Positions 1 through 9,633 of a DNA stretch of 64,000 bases are shown one piece after another. The notes below the pieces were generated by a model. The model did no database searches. It worked only from the letters and a program-made list of their open reading frames with translations, and was not told the DNA's origin. The translations under genes were made by a program, and so were the position numbers. Origin of the DNA: an uncultured Chloroflexia bacterium (GTDB taxonomy: Bacteria > Chloroflexota > Limnocylindria > Limnocylindrales > CSP1-4). The stretch is from the NCBI GenBank assembly GCA_963766735.1, contig CAVYBU010000008.1, forward strand, positions 160,001-224,000, read 5' to 3'. Every line of letters starts with the position of its first letter. Position 1 is the stretch's first letter.

Positions 1-1635
1 GGCGATGGTCGAAGGGTCGAAGCCTACGCCATCGTCCTCGATCGTGAGCGTGGCGCCGGCGCCGAGGCAGTCGATCCGAATGCTGACGCGGTGCGCCTGC
101 GAGTGCTTGCGCGTGTTGGTGAGCGCCTCCTGGACCACGCGCAGCAGCTGGACCTCTGACCGCGGCGTCAGGGCGCGGCGGGTGTCGCCCTCGCAGGTGA
201 GCGTGGCGACGATGCCCGTCTGGCGGCTGTACTTGCGCAGGTATTCGCGGAGCGAGCCCTCAAGGCCGTCATCCTCGCGAACGGTCTCGCGCAGACCCAG
301 GATGGCCTCACGGACGTCGCGGTAGGCCTCGTCAGCGGTCTCCGCGATGGCGGACAGCTCGTCCGCGATGCCGAGGCTCGCCTCGTCCTTGGCCCGGGCC
401 TCAAGCGACCTGAGCTGGAGGTGGATCACGCCCAGGACCTGGGCGAGGCTGTCGTGAAGCTCCCGGGCGATGCGGTCGCGTTCGGCGTGGATCGTCCACT
501 GCTCCTCGGCCTCGTGGAGGCGCGCGGTGCGGACGGCGATCGAGGCCATGTCCGCGAGGGCACCCAGGAGGCTGCGCTCCTGGGCCGTGAATGGGGCGCC
601 TGGACGGACCACGCACAGCTCGCCCAGCGTTCCGTCGGGCCCGCGCATCGGACGGGCGGCCCAGGTGTCCGCCTCGTTCATGACCGGGAGCGGACAGAGC
701 GGGTTCCGCGGGTGCTGGGCGGAGGCATCCTCGTGGGCGAGGAAGCAGACGCTGCCGTCGTCGGACATCGCCAGGCGCTCGCGGCTGGTGGCGGTGCGCG
801 CGACGGTGTCGCGGACCTCGCTGAGGCAGACCACGGCCCGCTCCGCCCCGAGGAGGTCCCGGGCGTGGGAGGTGATGGTGTCGAGGGTGTCGCGCAGGTC
901 GTTGCGGCTGGTCAGCTGGAGGGCGACGGCGTACAGAGCCTCTCGCTCCAGCTCGCGGCGGTGGAGGTCCGCGACGGTGATGCCCAGCTGGGCGGCGCCG
1001 GCGATCTCGCCCGCGATGTCCGCGAGGGCAGCCTCAGAGACATCCGGCTCCACGGGCGGGTGGAACGCGAGCCGGACATGGCCGATGCGATCGGTGCCGC
1101 GGATGAGCGGGAGGTCCAGGACGCCGGTGTCCACCCCCGGACGCTGGCTGTAGCGCGGGGCGTCCACGGCCGGGTCCAGGGGCTCGGCCAGAATGGAGCC
1201 GACCCAGGTGAGGCCTTGTGGGAGCGTGGCGGGGCGCTGGATCACGAGCGGACGGCCGTCGGTGCCGCGGACGGTGATGCTGCCCGCCAGGGCGCCGGTC
1301 TGGGTGGCGAGACGGTCCAGCGACTGTTCCAGGAGGTCGGGCAGAGAGTGGCCGCCCCGGACGGCGGAGCTGACCGCGTGGGTGACCGTGAGGTCCTTGT
1401 TCTGCGCGACCAGCTGCTTCTGCGCCCGGTCGAGGTAGATGGACACGATGGTGGCGAACACGACGATCGCCCCGCCCATGATCATCGCGGAGGCGACGTG
1501 GCTGGAGTCGTTGCTGGACGTGGGGTCCAGGACCAGGAAGCGGCCGAGCTCGAACAGCCAGACGAAGACGATCGGCAGGATCATCGTCGCCCACTTGAGG
1601 CGGTTGAGGTCGCGGGTGCCCAGGGGATCGCTCAT
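1..1635 (-). CDS. Membrane-bound GAF/HisKA_3 (NarX/UhpB-type) sensor histidine kinase, 3' end runs off the window
   Basis: Absent from the ORF track; read by hand on the minus strand from ATG 1635. Two N-terminal hydrophobic segments, H-box ERDRIARELHDSLAQVLG, N-box VVQEALTNTRKH and G1 box IEDDGVGFDP at the window edge. Confidence 0.9.
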   Translation of the reverse strand, partial: MSDPLGTRDLNRLKWATMILPIVFVWLFELGRFLVLDPTSSNDSSHVASAMIMGGAIVVFATIVSIYLDRAQKQLVAQNKDLTVTHAVSSAVRGGHSLPDLLEQSLDRLATQTGALAGSITVRGTDGRPLVIQRPATLPQGLTWVGSILAEPLDPAVDAPRYSQRPGVDTGVLDLPLIRGTDRIGHVRLAFHPPVEPDVSEAALADIAGEIAGAAQLGITVADLHRRELEREALYAVALQLTSRNDLRDTLDTITSHARDLLGAERAVVCLSEVRDTVARTATSRERLAMSDDGSVCFLAHEDASAQHPRNPLCPLPVMNEADTWAARPMRGPDGTLGELCVVRPGAPFTAQERSLLGALADMASIAVRTARLHEAEEQWTIHAERDRIARELHDSLAQVLGVIHLQLRSLEARAKDEASLGIADELSAIAETADEAYRDVREAILGLRETVREDDGLEGSLREYLRKYSRQTGIVATLTCEGDTRRALTPRSEVQLLRVVQEALTNTRKHSQAHRVSIRIDCLGAGATLTIEDDGVGFDPSTIA

Positions 1636-1865
1636 CGCATCGAATGTGCCTTTCGATAGACATGGTGCCATAGGGCCGGGTGGCCCGTGCTCGCCCGGGT
1701 CACGTGGCCTGCAGCGGCGGGCTCGGTCACGGGCTGCCGCGCGCGGCGTTGAGGCGGACGGTTGCCGCCGAGGGTTGCGCGGGCCGCTGCGGTGTTGCCG
1801 TCGGCGTGTTGCCGTCGGCGGAAGGCGAGCTCCGCCGGATCAGAGCCGGATCAGCGCCTGGGGTC

Positions 1866-2939
1866 TCAGGATCGCGCCTCGTCCTCGCGCTGGCCCTTCG
1901 GGCGCACCTGCACGAACTCGAAGCCGAACCGGCCCTTGATGCACAAGTTGCCTTCCGTCACGTCGGAGTCGGCCGGCGAGAGCACCTTGACGATCCGGTT
2001 GTCCTGGACGTGCAACTCGAGCGTGCAGCCCACGCCGCAATACGGGCAGATCGTGTTCGTGACCGTCTGCGCGGACTCGTCCCAGGTGCCCGCCTGTCGC
2101 AGCTCGTACTCGGAGCTGAACATCAGCGCCCCGGTCGGGCAGACGTTGATGCAGTTGCCGCAGAAGACGCAGGCACCCTCGGCGAGCGGGATGTCGTACT
2201 CGGTCGAGATCCGGGCATCGAAGCCGCGCCCGGCGACCGAGATCGCGAAGCTGTTCTGGGCGTCAACACCGCACGCCTCGACGCACTTGTAGCAGAGGAT
2301 GCAGCGCGCGTAGTCCCGGACGAAGAGGTTGTTGTCCACCTTCACGGGCTGGGCGACGGTCTCGGCCGCGGACCCGTCGAGGGCGTGGTGGTGGCCGGCA
2401 TCGCGCCTGTCGCGCTCACCCGCCGCGGCCGGGGGGGCCGGCGGCCCGAACCGCGCGGGATCTGCCTCGTACTCCGCCATGTACGCGGCGATGGACCCAT
2501 CCGGCAGCGCGGGACCGGCGAGGTCCACGTCCACCGACGAGCCGAGCAGCTCCAGGACGAGCTTCCGCGAGACCCTGACGCGCTCGTTCTCGGTGCTGAC
2601 GCTCATGCCCTGCGAGACCTTGGCCGAGCAGGACGGGGCGAGAACCCGGCCTCCGGTGTCGACGACGCACAGGCGGCAGACGCCCTCTGGCTGCACCGTC
2701 TCGCCGTAGCAGAGCGTGGGAATGTCGATGCCCTGGGCGCGGCATGCCTCGAGGATCGTGGTGCCGGCGGCGACCGTCACGGGCTCGCCGTCGATGGTCA
2801 GCTCGACCTGCTTCGGCTCCGGGCGCACGGGCCTGGTGGGGAGCACGGGCGAGCGGGCCGGCTGGCTCGTGAAGATGACCGGGTCAACGCCCGTGTACGG
2901 GACCTTCGGCGCCGTCACGCCGGCATCCTCGAGGCTCAT
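1866..2939 (-). CDS. FDH iron-sulfur subunit (NuoG/FdsA N-terminal-like: 2Fe-2S, 2x4Fe-4S, C-terminal Molybdop_Fe4S4 domain)
   Basis: IPTLC...CRLCVV...PSC; CILCYKCVEAC and CVFCGNCINVCP ferredoxin motifs; C-terminal TICPYCGVGC...NLCIKGRFG. The ATG overlaps the upstream stop (ATGA). Confidence 0.9.
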   Translation of the reverse strand: MSLEDAGVTAPKVPYTGVDPVIFTSQPARSPVLPTRPVRPEPKQVELTIDGEPVTVAAGTTILEACRAQGIDIPTLCYGETVQPEGVCRLCVVDTGGRVLAPSCSAKVSQGMSVSTENERVRVSRKLVLELLGSSVDVDLAGPALPDGSIAAYMAEYEADPARFGPPAPPAAAGERDRRDAGHHHALDGSAAETVAQPVKVDNNLFVRDYARCILCYKCVEACGVDAQNSFAISVAGRGFDARISTEYDIPLAEGACVFCGNCINVCPTGALMFSSEYELRQAGTWDESAQTVTNTICPYCGVGCTLELHVQDNRIVKVLSPADSDVTEGNLCIKGRFGFEFVQVRPKGQREDEARS

Positions 2940-4855
2940 GCGAGCACCCCCTGCAGGCGCAGGCCGCTTGCGACCGCGTCGTTGGCGGTCTGGCCCAGGC
3001 CGCAGATCGAGGCGTCCCGCAGGACCTGACCGAGATCCTTGAGAAGCGCCAGCTCGTCTGCGGGCGTCCCTCGCGGCTTGCCGGCGATCAGCCGAGCCAG
3101 GAGCTCCTCCTGGCGGACCGTGCCCACACGGCACGGGACGCACTGGCCGCACGACTCGTCTCGGAAGAACTCGGCGATGCGGCGGAGGATGTCGAGCACG
3201 TCGGCCGTCTCGTCGAAGACGACCACCGCGCCGGCGCCGATCGTGGCACCCGCCGCCTTGGTGTCCTCGAACGTGAGCGGCATGTCGAGAGCCTCCGGCC
3301 CGACGAACACGCCGGCAGCGCCGCCCAGGTTGACCGCCTTCAGCGCACGACCGCCCGCCATCCCGCCGGCAAGCTCGATCAGGTCGCGGAGCGTGATCCC
3401 GAACTCCGTCTCGTAGACGCCCGGCCGGGCGACGTGACCCGAGACGCTGAACAGCTTGTGGCCCGCGGACTTCGCCGTGCCCAGGGCCGCGTACGCCGCG
3501 CCGCCCTCGAGCACGATCCCCGGGATGTTGGCGAGGGTCTCGACGTTGTTCATGACGGTCGGCTTCTGGAACAGGCCTGCCGTGGTGGATCGGGCGGCCT
3601 TGTTGCGCGGCTCGCCGCGCTTGCCCTCGATCAATTCGTACAGGGCCGTGCCCTCGCCGCAGATGTAGGCGCCGCCGCCACGGCGGATCTCGATGTCGAA
3701 GGCGAAACCGCTGTTCATCACATCCGGACCGAGAAGCCCGGCTTCCCGCGCCCGGGCGATGGCGTTGGCCATCCGCGCTTCACCCAGCGGGTACTCGCCG
3801 CGGATGTAGAGGTAGCCCCGCTCGGCGCCGAACGCGAAGCCGCCGATCGTCATCGCCTCGACCAGCGAGAACGGATCCTCCTCGAGGATCGCCCGGTCCT
3901 TGAACGTGCCGGGCTCTGCCTCGTCCGCGTTGCACACGAGGTACTTGACCGGTCCCGGGGATGCGGCGGCCGCCTTCCACTTCGTCCCGGCGGGGACCGC
4001 AGCACCGCCGCGGCCGAGGACCCCGGCCGTGACGACCTCCTCGATGACCCGCTGTGGCCCGACGTCGATGGCCGCCTTCAGGGCCCGGTAGCCGTTGTTG
4101 GCGAGGTAGTCCGTGAGGCTCGTGGGATCGATGCGGCCGACCCGGGCGAGGAGGCGGAGCCCGCCCTCCCCGACCTGGGGCATGAACCTTCGCAGGGCCT
4201 CGAGGCGCTCCGGGCTGGGGACCGTGTCCAGGGTCCCGGCCAGCGCGTCCGAGTGCTCCAGGCCGCGGAGACCGGCCTCGAGGTGGGCGATGATCGCCGG
4301 CGCATCGACCGGGCCGATGGAGCGGCGGACGGGGGGATCGCCGGCGACAGTGAACATGGCCGCGGGTGCACGCTCGCACTGGCCGAGGCACGGACTCCGC
4401 TTCCAGGTCATCGTCGCCCCCGGGGCGGGCTCTCCGGCCGGACCCAGCTCACGTTCGAGGGCCTCGCAGACGTCCTCGGCGCCGGCGAGCCGGCAGGCCA
4501 TGTCGTCGCAGACGTGGACGACGGCTGGGGGCGTGGATACGGTCGACAGCAGCGCGTAGAAGGAGGCGACGCCGTAGGCCTCGGCGGGTGGGACGGTCAG
4601 GCGCCGGCAGATGTAGGCGAGCGCGCCGGGGCTGATCCAGCCGACAGCATCCGTGGCCGCGTGGAACGCGGGCAGGAGCATGTCACGGTGGGACCTGGCC
4701 TCGTGGCCGCCGCGGGCGACGCGCCCGTCCTTCTCGATATCCCGGTCGCCGCCGTCCCAGCCCCCGTGGACGGAGCCGATATCCGGATCGAGGACGGCGT
4801 CGATTGCAGCCCGTTCTGCCGTTGTTGCGGCGGTGTCGACGATGTGGAGATCCAT
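2936..4855 (-). CDS. NuoE-NuoF (FdsG-FdsB-like) fused FMN diaphorase subunit of formate dehydrogenase
   Basis: NuoE motifs VASFY, VCDDMAC and CLGQC. NuoF motifs GRGG, CNADEAEPGTFKDR, YIRGEY, GAYICGE, ESCGQCVPCRVG and SICGLG. Confidence 0.92.
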   Translation of the reverse strand: MDLHIVDTAATTAERAAIDAVLDPDIGSVHGGWDGGDRDIEKDGRVARGGHEARSHRDMLLPAFHAATDAVGWISPGALAYICRRLTVPPAEAYGVASFYALLSTVSTPPAVVHVCDDMACRLAGAEDVCEALERELGPAGEPAPGATMTWKRSPCLGQCERAPAAMFTVAGDPPVRRSIGPVDAPAIIAHLEAGLRGLEHSDALAGTLDTVPSPERLEALRRFMPQVGEGGLRLLARVGRIDPTSLTDYLANNGYRALKAAIDVGPQRVIEEVVTAGVLGRGGAAVPAGTKWKAAAASPGPVKYLVCNADEAEPGTFKDRAILEEDPFSLVEAMTIGGFAFGAERGYLYIRGEYPLGEARMANAIARAREAGLLGPDVMNSGFAFDIEIRRGGGAYICGEGTALYELIEGKRGEPRNKAARSTTAGLFQKPTVMNNVETLANIPGIVLEGGAAYAALGTAKSAGHKLFSVSGHVARPGVYETEFGITLRDLIELAGGMAGGRALKAVNLGGAAGVFVGPEALDMPLTFEDTKAAGATIGAGAVVVFDETADVLDILRRIAEFFRDESCGQCVPCRVGTVRQEELLARLIAGKPRGTPADELALLKDLGQVLRDASICGLGQTANDAVASGLRLQGVLA

Positions 4856-4935
4856 GATGATCGAGTGTACGACCGAGGCCTATCGCGCCGCTGGGCGATT
4901 CCCGCTCCCGCAACCCAACCCGGTGTGGAACCGAG

Positions 4936-4963
4936 AGGCGGGCCCCCGGTCGGGAGCCCGCCT
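4936..4963 (-). terminator. GC-rich hairpin downstream of the formamidase gene
   Basis: AGGCGGGC...GCCCGCCT inverted repeat about 30 bp after the fmdA stop; weak U-tract. Confidence 0.5.
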
Positions 4964-4990
4964 GATGCGAGGGGGAGACGCGCTGTCGCG

Positions 4991-6250
4991 CTAGCCTGCC
5001 GACCTCGGCACCTGCATTCCCTGCTTGACCTGGTGCGGCTTCCCGGCCGTGTTGGGACGGACGTCGAAGTCGAAGATCCGCGTGGGGATGTAGACGGTTG
5101 CACACGAGTTGGGGATGTCCACCACGCCGGAGAACCGTCCCTCGACTGGTGCCGACCCCAGGATCATGTAGGCCTGGATATCGGTATAGCCGAACTTCAT
5201 CAGGTAGTCGATGGCGTGGTGGCAGGCGCGCTCGTAGGACAGCTGGCTGTCCAGGTAGTGCTGCTTGCCCGACTCCAGCTCGACCGACACGCCCGAGAAC
5301 GCGATCCACTCGGAGTACTGGGGGTCGCGGATGCCGGGCAGGAAGATCGCGTTCTCGCCGACGCCGTAGGTGGCCATGCCGCCCTTGATGACGTCAACGC
5401 GCAGGTCCATGAACCCGCCCATCTCGATTGCGCCGCAGAAGGTGATCTCGCCATCTCCCTGGGAGAAGTGCAGGTCACCGAACGACAGCTTGGCACCCTT
5501 GACGTAGACCGGATAGAAGATCCGGCTCCCCGCCGTGAGGTTCTTGATGTCCTGGTTGCCGCCATTCTCGCGAGGCGGGGCCGTCCGGGCTGCCTCGGCG
5601 GCGACCCGGTCGAACTCGGCGCCCTTGAGCGTCCCCAGGATCGCGCTGTCCGGGAGCGGCGGGAGCGCCAGCGGCGGTACCCGGAGCGGGTCGGTCTTGA
5701 TCAGATCGGTCTCGCGCTTGGTCCACCGCGCCAGGAGCTCGGCCGAAGGAGCCGTGCCCATCAGGCCCGGGTGGTGAATGCCCACGTACGAGCATTCCGG
5801 GATGTGACGCGAGGTGGCGACGTCGCCCGTGAAGTCCCAGATCACCTTGTAGGCATCGGGGAACCGCTCGGTCAGGAAGCCACCGCCGTTCGACTTGGCG
5901 AACACGCCCGTGTAGCCCCAGCCCATGCCGGCGTACGGCCCCGAGTCCTCCTGGTCGCAGGCGTCGATCTCGAGGATGTCGACGACGAGCAGGTCGCCGG
6001 GCTCTGCCCCTTCGACGTTGAAGGGTCCACTGAGAACGTGCACGCCGGGAAGCGGGGCGTTGAGGACGTCATCTGCCGAGTCGTCGTTGTGGATGGCACC
6101 GTCGAACCACTCGCGGATGTCCGCCCGGAAGACGTCGCCCGGCTTGACGGTCACGTTCGCCGGGATGTCCGGGTGCCACCGGTTGTGGCCGACGTACTTC
6201 TGGTCGATGAACTTCTTGGTGTTGTCCAGCGGGAACAGGTTTCGAGGCAT
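4991..6250 (-). CDS. fmdA: Formamidase (acetamidase/formamidase FmdA/AmdA family)
   Basis: HNRWHPDIP, HVLSGP, GWGYTG, ARTAPPRENGGNQDIKNL, GDLHFSQGDGEITFCGAIEM and SGVVDIPNSCAT motifs. Confidence 0.93.
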   Translation of the reverse strand: MPRNLFPLDNTKKFIDQKYVGHNRWHPDIPANVTVKPGDVFRADIREWFDGAIHNDDSADDVLNAPLPGVHVLSGPFNVEGAEPGDLLVVDILEIDACDQEDSGPYAGMGWGYTGVFAKSNGGGFLTERFPDAYKVIWDFTGDVATSRHIPECSYVGIHHPGLMGTAPSAELLARWTKRETDLIKTDPLRVPPLALPPLPDSAILGTLKGAEFDRVAAEAARTAPPRENGGNQDIKNLTAGSRIFYPVYVKGAKLSFGDLHFSQGDGEITFCGAIEMGGFMDLRVDVIKGGMATYGVGENAIFLPGIRDPQYSEWIAFSGVSVELESGKQHYLDSQLSYERACHHAIDYLMKFGYTDIQAYMILGSAPVEGRFSGVVDIPNSCATVYIPTRIFDFDVRPNTAGKPHQVKQGMQVPRSAG

Positions 6251-6372
6251 CGATACTCCTTTGCCACGCGCCGACCTTCGTCGGCGCTACGCGCAAGAAA
6301 CGTTGCGGTGGCTGGTGATCACCCCGCTTTCTTGTCTGCCTCTCCACCGCAGAGGCACCTTGTGGATGGCGA

Positions 6373-7038
6373 TCAGGCCGCGGCCGCGCTCACAGGGGCC
6401 GAGCCGGCGGCAGGCGTCTTCACCGTGAAGAAGTAGAGGACGGAGAGGGCGGCGAGGATGACGAAGATCGCGATCGCGAGCTCGTTCGTGATCTTGATCG
6501 GGAGCAGATCCCCACCAAGGAGCAGCAGCGCCGGGAGCCATCCCGTGAGAAGCCCCTGCGTCGCGCACACGGCCCCGGTGTACCGGGTCAGGGACGTCAT
6601 GCCCAGGCTGAGAACCAGCCAGAACAGGAACCACAGGAAGGCCCAGTTGAGCCACAGGACGCCGAGGACGTTGCTGACCGCATCCACCGGGCCACCAGCG
6701 TCGACGAGCCAGCCGGTCCGGAAGTTGAGGTATGCGTAGACGAGGGCGGCGATCACGACATAGCCGCAGAACCAGCCAAGGCCGCTGCCGTCCAGGTCAA
6801 AGGCGTTGTTCATGGCCACGTACAGGTACGTGAAACCAAAGAGGAACAGGCCCGATGCACCGAGGATCACGCCTGGATCGCCATCCGACGTGAAGATCAG
6901 GAACAAGGGCGTGACGACCTGGAGCAAGCCGACGAACACGTTCATCGGGATGAGCGACTTGCCCTTGACCCACCCGACCAGGCTCAGCCCGTTGATGAAC
7001 AGAACCGCACCGACATAGAGGAGCCCCACAGCGGCCAT
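6373..7038 (-). CDS. amiS: AmiS/UreI family amide/urea channel
   Basis: GLLYVGAVLFINGL, LFGFTYLYVA, DGSGLGWFC and WLNWAFLW signature segments; GGAG SD before ATG 7038. Confidence 0.9.
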   Translation of the reverse strand: MAAVGLLYVGAVLFINGLSLVGWVKGKSLIPMNVFVGLLQVVTPLFLIFTSDGDPGVILGASGLFLFGFTYLYVAMNNAFDLDGSGLGWFCGYVVIAALVYAYLNFRTGWLVDAGGPVDAVSNVLGVLWLNWAFLWFLFWLVLSLGMTSLTRYTGAVCATQGLLTGWLPALLLLGGDLLPIKITNELAIAIFVILAALSVLYFFTVKTPAAGSAPVSAAAA

Positions 7039-7183
7039 TCGAAACGTCTCCCTTCTCACTCGGTTGACGGGAGTTGCGTTGACGATGCTTCAGCTCCCGG
7101 TCGGTCGCCTCGCAGGGACGGTCACCCAAGCGCAGGTCACACCGCGGCGGTGCCGCCGGTGCGTGAGCAACCCCGGCAGGCGG

Positions 7184-7474
7184 TCATGGCCGGGGGAGCC
7201 TGGCTCGAGCCGGCGTCATCGTGGCCATCCGCGGTGGCCTCCGCGCGCCGGCCGAGGGTATGGAAGTCACGACCTCGGGCTCGTCGCGGCTCTTGTCCGC
7301 GCGATCGAGGGCGGCCATCACCTCTCGGGCAGGTGAGCGGAGCATCGGGGCTGAGAAGACGCGTCTCGCTTCGCTACTGCACGACTCGCACACGATCGTG
7401 GCGGGGGCGGTACCGATCGGCCGCGTGATCTCGAGTACCCCGTCGGTTTCGCACCGATACTCGTAGATCGCCAA
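7184..7474 (-). CDS. fmdB: FmdB family zinc-ribbon protein
   Basis: AIYEYRC...CESC...RRVFSAP motif. TTG start 6 nt after AGGAG; TAGGCT -10 at 7494-7499. Confidence 0.85.
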   Translation of the reverse strand: MAIYEYRCETDGVLEITRPIGTAPATIVCESCSSEARRVFSAPMLRSPAREVMAALDRADKSRDEPEVVTSIPSAGARRPPRMATMTPARARLPRP

Positions 7475-7545
7475 CAGCAACTCCTGGTTCCTGAGCCTAG
7501 ATCAGCTGCTCAGGGCAGACCAAGAGGAGGATGGCCCCAACCCGC

Positions 7546-7559
7546 GGTCCCATGGGACC
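7546..7559. promoter_or_regulatory. Perfect 14-bp palindrome GGTCCCATGGGACC upstream of the fmdB promoter
   Basis: Palindrome read directly; an 11/14 copy (GGTGCCATAGGGCC) lies at 1664-1677, upstream of the kinase. Confidence 0.45.
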
Positions 7560-7703
7560 ACGCCGCCTTGCGGCCGTGCACGTTGCCGACATCCGCAACG
7601 CAGACGCGACGAGCGCGTGCGAAGACCGCGCCGGCTGGACTACTGTTGAGTCGCCGGCCCAGGGCGGGTCAGGTGCCCGGCACGGGGCCAGGGAGGTCAG
7701 GGC

Positions 7704-8087
7704 ATGGTGCAGGCCGAGGCCGCGATCCTCGTCGGGATCGGGGGGCTCCTGGGGGCCAACGCCCGCTACCTCGTCTCTGTCTGGGCGGCCCGGCGGATCG
7801 GTCCAAACTTCCCGTACGGAACCTTGATCGTCAACCTGAGCGGCAGCCTGCTGCTCGGCTTCCTGGTGACCGTGATTGCCGGCCTCGCCGCGTATGAGCG
7901 CGAGGTCCAGCTGCTGGTCCCGGTGGGCTTCGTCGGCGCCTACACGACCTTCTCGACGTTCGCGTACGAGTCAGTCGGCCTCGTGCGCCGTCGCGCGTAC
8001 GGCCTGGCCGTCACGAACGTGCTGGGATCCACGATGCTCGGGCTGCTCGGGGCGTGGATCGGGATCGTGGTCGCCCGTGCGATCTAG
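7704..8087 (+). CDS. crcB: Fluoride channel Fluc/CrcB, subunit 1
   Basis: GGLLGANARY, FPYGTLIVNLSGS and GFVGAYTTFSTF motifs; GGAGG SD. Confidence 0.92.
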   Translation: MVQAEAAILVGIGGLLGANARYLVSVWAARRIGPNFPYGTLIVNLSGSLLLGFLVTVIAGLAAYEREVQLLVPVGFVGAYTTFSTFAYESVGLVRRRAYGLAVTNVLGSTMLGLLGAWIGIVVARAI

Positions 8088-8166
8088 CAGGCCGGCGGCC
8101 GCGGGCGACCAGGCGGGCGGCGGCGCGGCCGGGAGGGAACCGCAGCCGATTGGTGACGACGGCGTC

Positions 8167-8616
8167 GTGGCGACGAATCGCTGGAGGGTCGTCTTCGGTC
8201 GGCTGACGCCATTCCTGGCGATCAGCGTGGGTGGCGTCCTGGGCGCCAATGCCCGCTACTTCCTGGGGCTGTGGGGGACGGCCTGGCTGGGGTCGGGCTT
8301 CCCCGCTGCGACCATGCTGATCAACGTCACTGGAAGCTTCGGCCTCGGCCTCTACCTCACGCTCGTGGCCGAGCGCTACACGGGACATCAGGCCATCCGG
8401 CTTCTTGTGGCGACCGGATTCTTCGGTGCCTACACCACCTTCTCGACCTTCAGCGTGGAGGCGATCCACCTCCTGGAATCCGGCGACGGCGCAGCAGCGC
8501 TTGCGTACGTGGTCGGTAGCGTCGTGCTCAGCATCGCTGCCGCTGCGATCGGGATCGGGGTGGCCCACATTGCGCTGGCCCGTCTCGCCGGCGGCGTGAA
8601 AGGCCCGCCGGCGTGA
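8167..8616 (+). CDS. crcB: Fluoride channel Fluc/CrcB, subunit 2 (start approximate)
   Basis: GGVLGANARY, INVTGSF and GFFGAYTTFSTF motifs; a tandem pair typical of heterodimeric Fluc. Confidence 0.88.
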   Translation: MATNRWRVVFGRLTPFLAISVGGVLGANARYFLGLWGTAWLGSGFPAATMLINVTGSFGLGLYLTLVAERYTGHQAIRLLVATGFFGAYTTFSTFSVEAIHLLESGDGAAALAYVVGSVVLSIAAAAIGIGVAHIALARLAGGVKGPPA

Positions 8617-8704
8617 TGACTGCGTTTGCGATCTGCCGGACGGGGTTGCCCCAGTGCCGATCGGTCGGTCCGGGACCGGTGGCGGTTGCCCGGGAGGTGC
8701 AGTG

Positions 8705-9559
8705 ATGCGAGTTCTGATCGCCTACGACGGGTCTGAGGCGGCGGACGAGGCCTGTGATCTCGTCGCGACGATCGACTGGCCGCGCGGGAGCGAGCTGCGG
8801 GTCGTGACGGCGTACGCTCCCTACCTCCCGGGTGAGCTCGAGCCGGTCGAGCTGTTCGATCCGGCGACGCCCGTCATCGCCTTCGAGGCGGAGCGTGAAG
8901 CCGCGGAGTGCTGTGCGGGGACCGCCGCCAGCCGTCTCGGCCGACCAGGCATCACGGTGACCTCGACGGCGATCATGGGCCGGCCGTCGAGTGTCATCCT
9001 CGATCAAGCCGCCGCGGCGGCGGCCGATCTCCTCGTCACCGGATGTCGTGGCATGGGCCCGATCACCTCGGCGCTCCTCGGATCCGTGTCGGCCGAGATC
9101 GTCGACCACGCGGCCTGCCCGGTGCTCGTGGCTCGGCGGTCCTCGATCGACCGCGTCGTTCTCGCTGACGATGGGTCAGCAGGCGCCCGGACGGCGGCGG
9201 CGCTACTCGCCTGGCCGGTCTTCGTCGGCAGCAGGGTGCGCGTGGTGACAGTCGCCGCCGCGATCCCGCTCACGCCCGAGGGCGACCTGGTCGAGGCCGT
9301 GCTTGACAAGGCCGAGGCCGTGGCTGCCGGGGCGGCCGCCGAGCTCCGGACCGCAGGTCTGGCGGCCGAGACCGATGTTCGCGCGGGCGACCCGGCGCAC
9401 GAGATCGTGCGATCGACGGTGGGCTGGGATGCCGATCTCATCGTCATGGGCAAACGGGGCCGGACTGGGCTGGATCGCCACCTTCTCGGGAGCGTCACCC
9501 GCAAGGTCCTGGCGCACGCGACGTGCTCGGTCCTTGTCGCGCGATCGCCGGTCCGGTAG
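8705..9559 (+). CDS. Tandem-domain universal stress protein
   Basis: Two USP domains: VLIAYDGS...GCRGMG...LLGSVS and VVLADDGS...MGKRGRTG...LLGSVT. Confidence 0.9.
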   Translation: MRVLIAYDGSEAADEACDLVATIDWPRGSELRVVTAYAPYLPGELEPVELFDPATPVIAFEAEREAAECCAGTAASRLGRPGITVTSTAIMGRPSSVILDQAAAAAADLLVTGCRGMGPITSALLGSVSAEIVDHAACPVLVARRSSIDRVVLADDGSAGARTAAALLAWPVFVGSRVRVVTVAAAIPLTPEGDLVEAVLDKAEAVAAGAAAELRTAGLAAETDVRAGDPAHEIVRSTVGWDADLIVMGKRGRTGLDRHLLGSVTRKVLAHATCSVLVARSPVR

Positions 9560-9596
9560 GGGCCGACGCGCGGGCCGGAGCGGCAAGCCTGACCTG

Positions 9597-9626
9597 AGGG
9601 CCCCCGGTCCGCCGCCCGGGGGCCCT
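9597..9626. terminator. Hairpin between convergent USP and GYD genes
   Basis: AGGGCCCCCGG / CCGGGGGCCCT 11-bp perfect stem. Confidence 0.6.
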
Positions 9627-9633
9627 GGTGGGA

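Noticed and set aside
3434-6436. Very long antisense ORFs (1000 aa here; also 421..1659, 19975..21531 and others)
   Set aside because: Shadow frames of genuine GC-rich genes, with no motifs and Arg/Gly/Pro-biased composition.
7500-7703. Fluoride riboswitch upstream of crcB
   Set aside because: I could not find the conserved GATGG...GCTGATG pseudoknot pattern.
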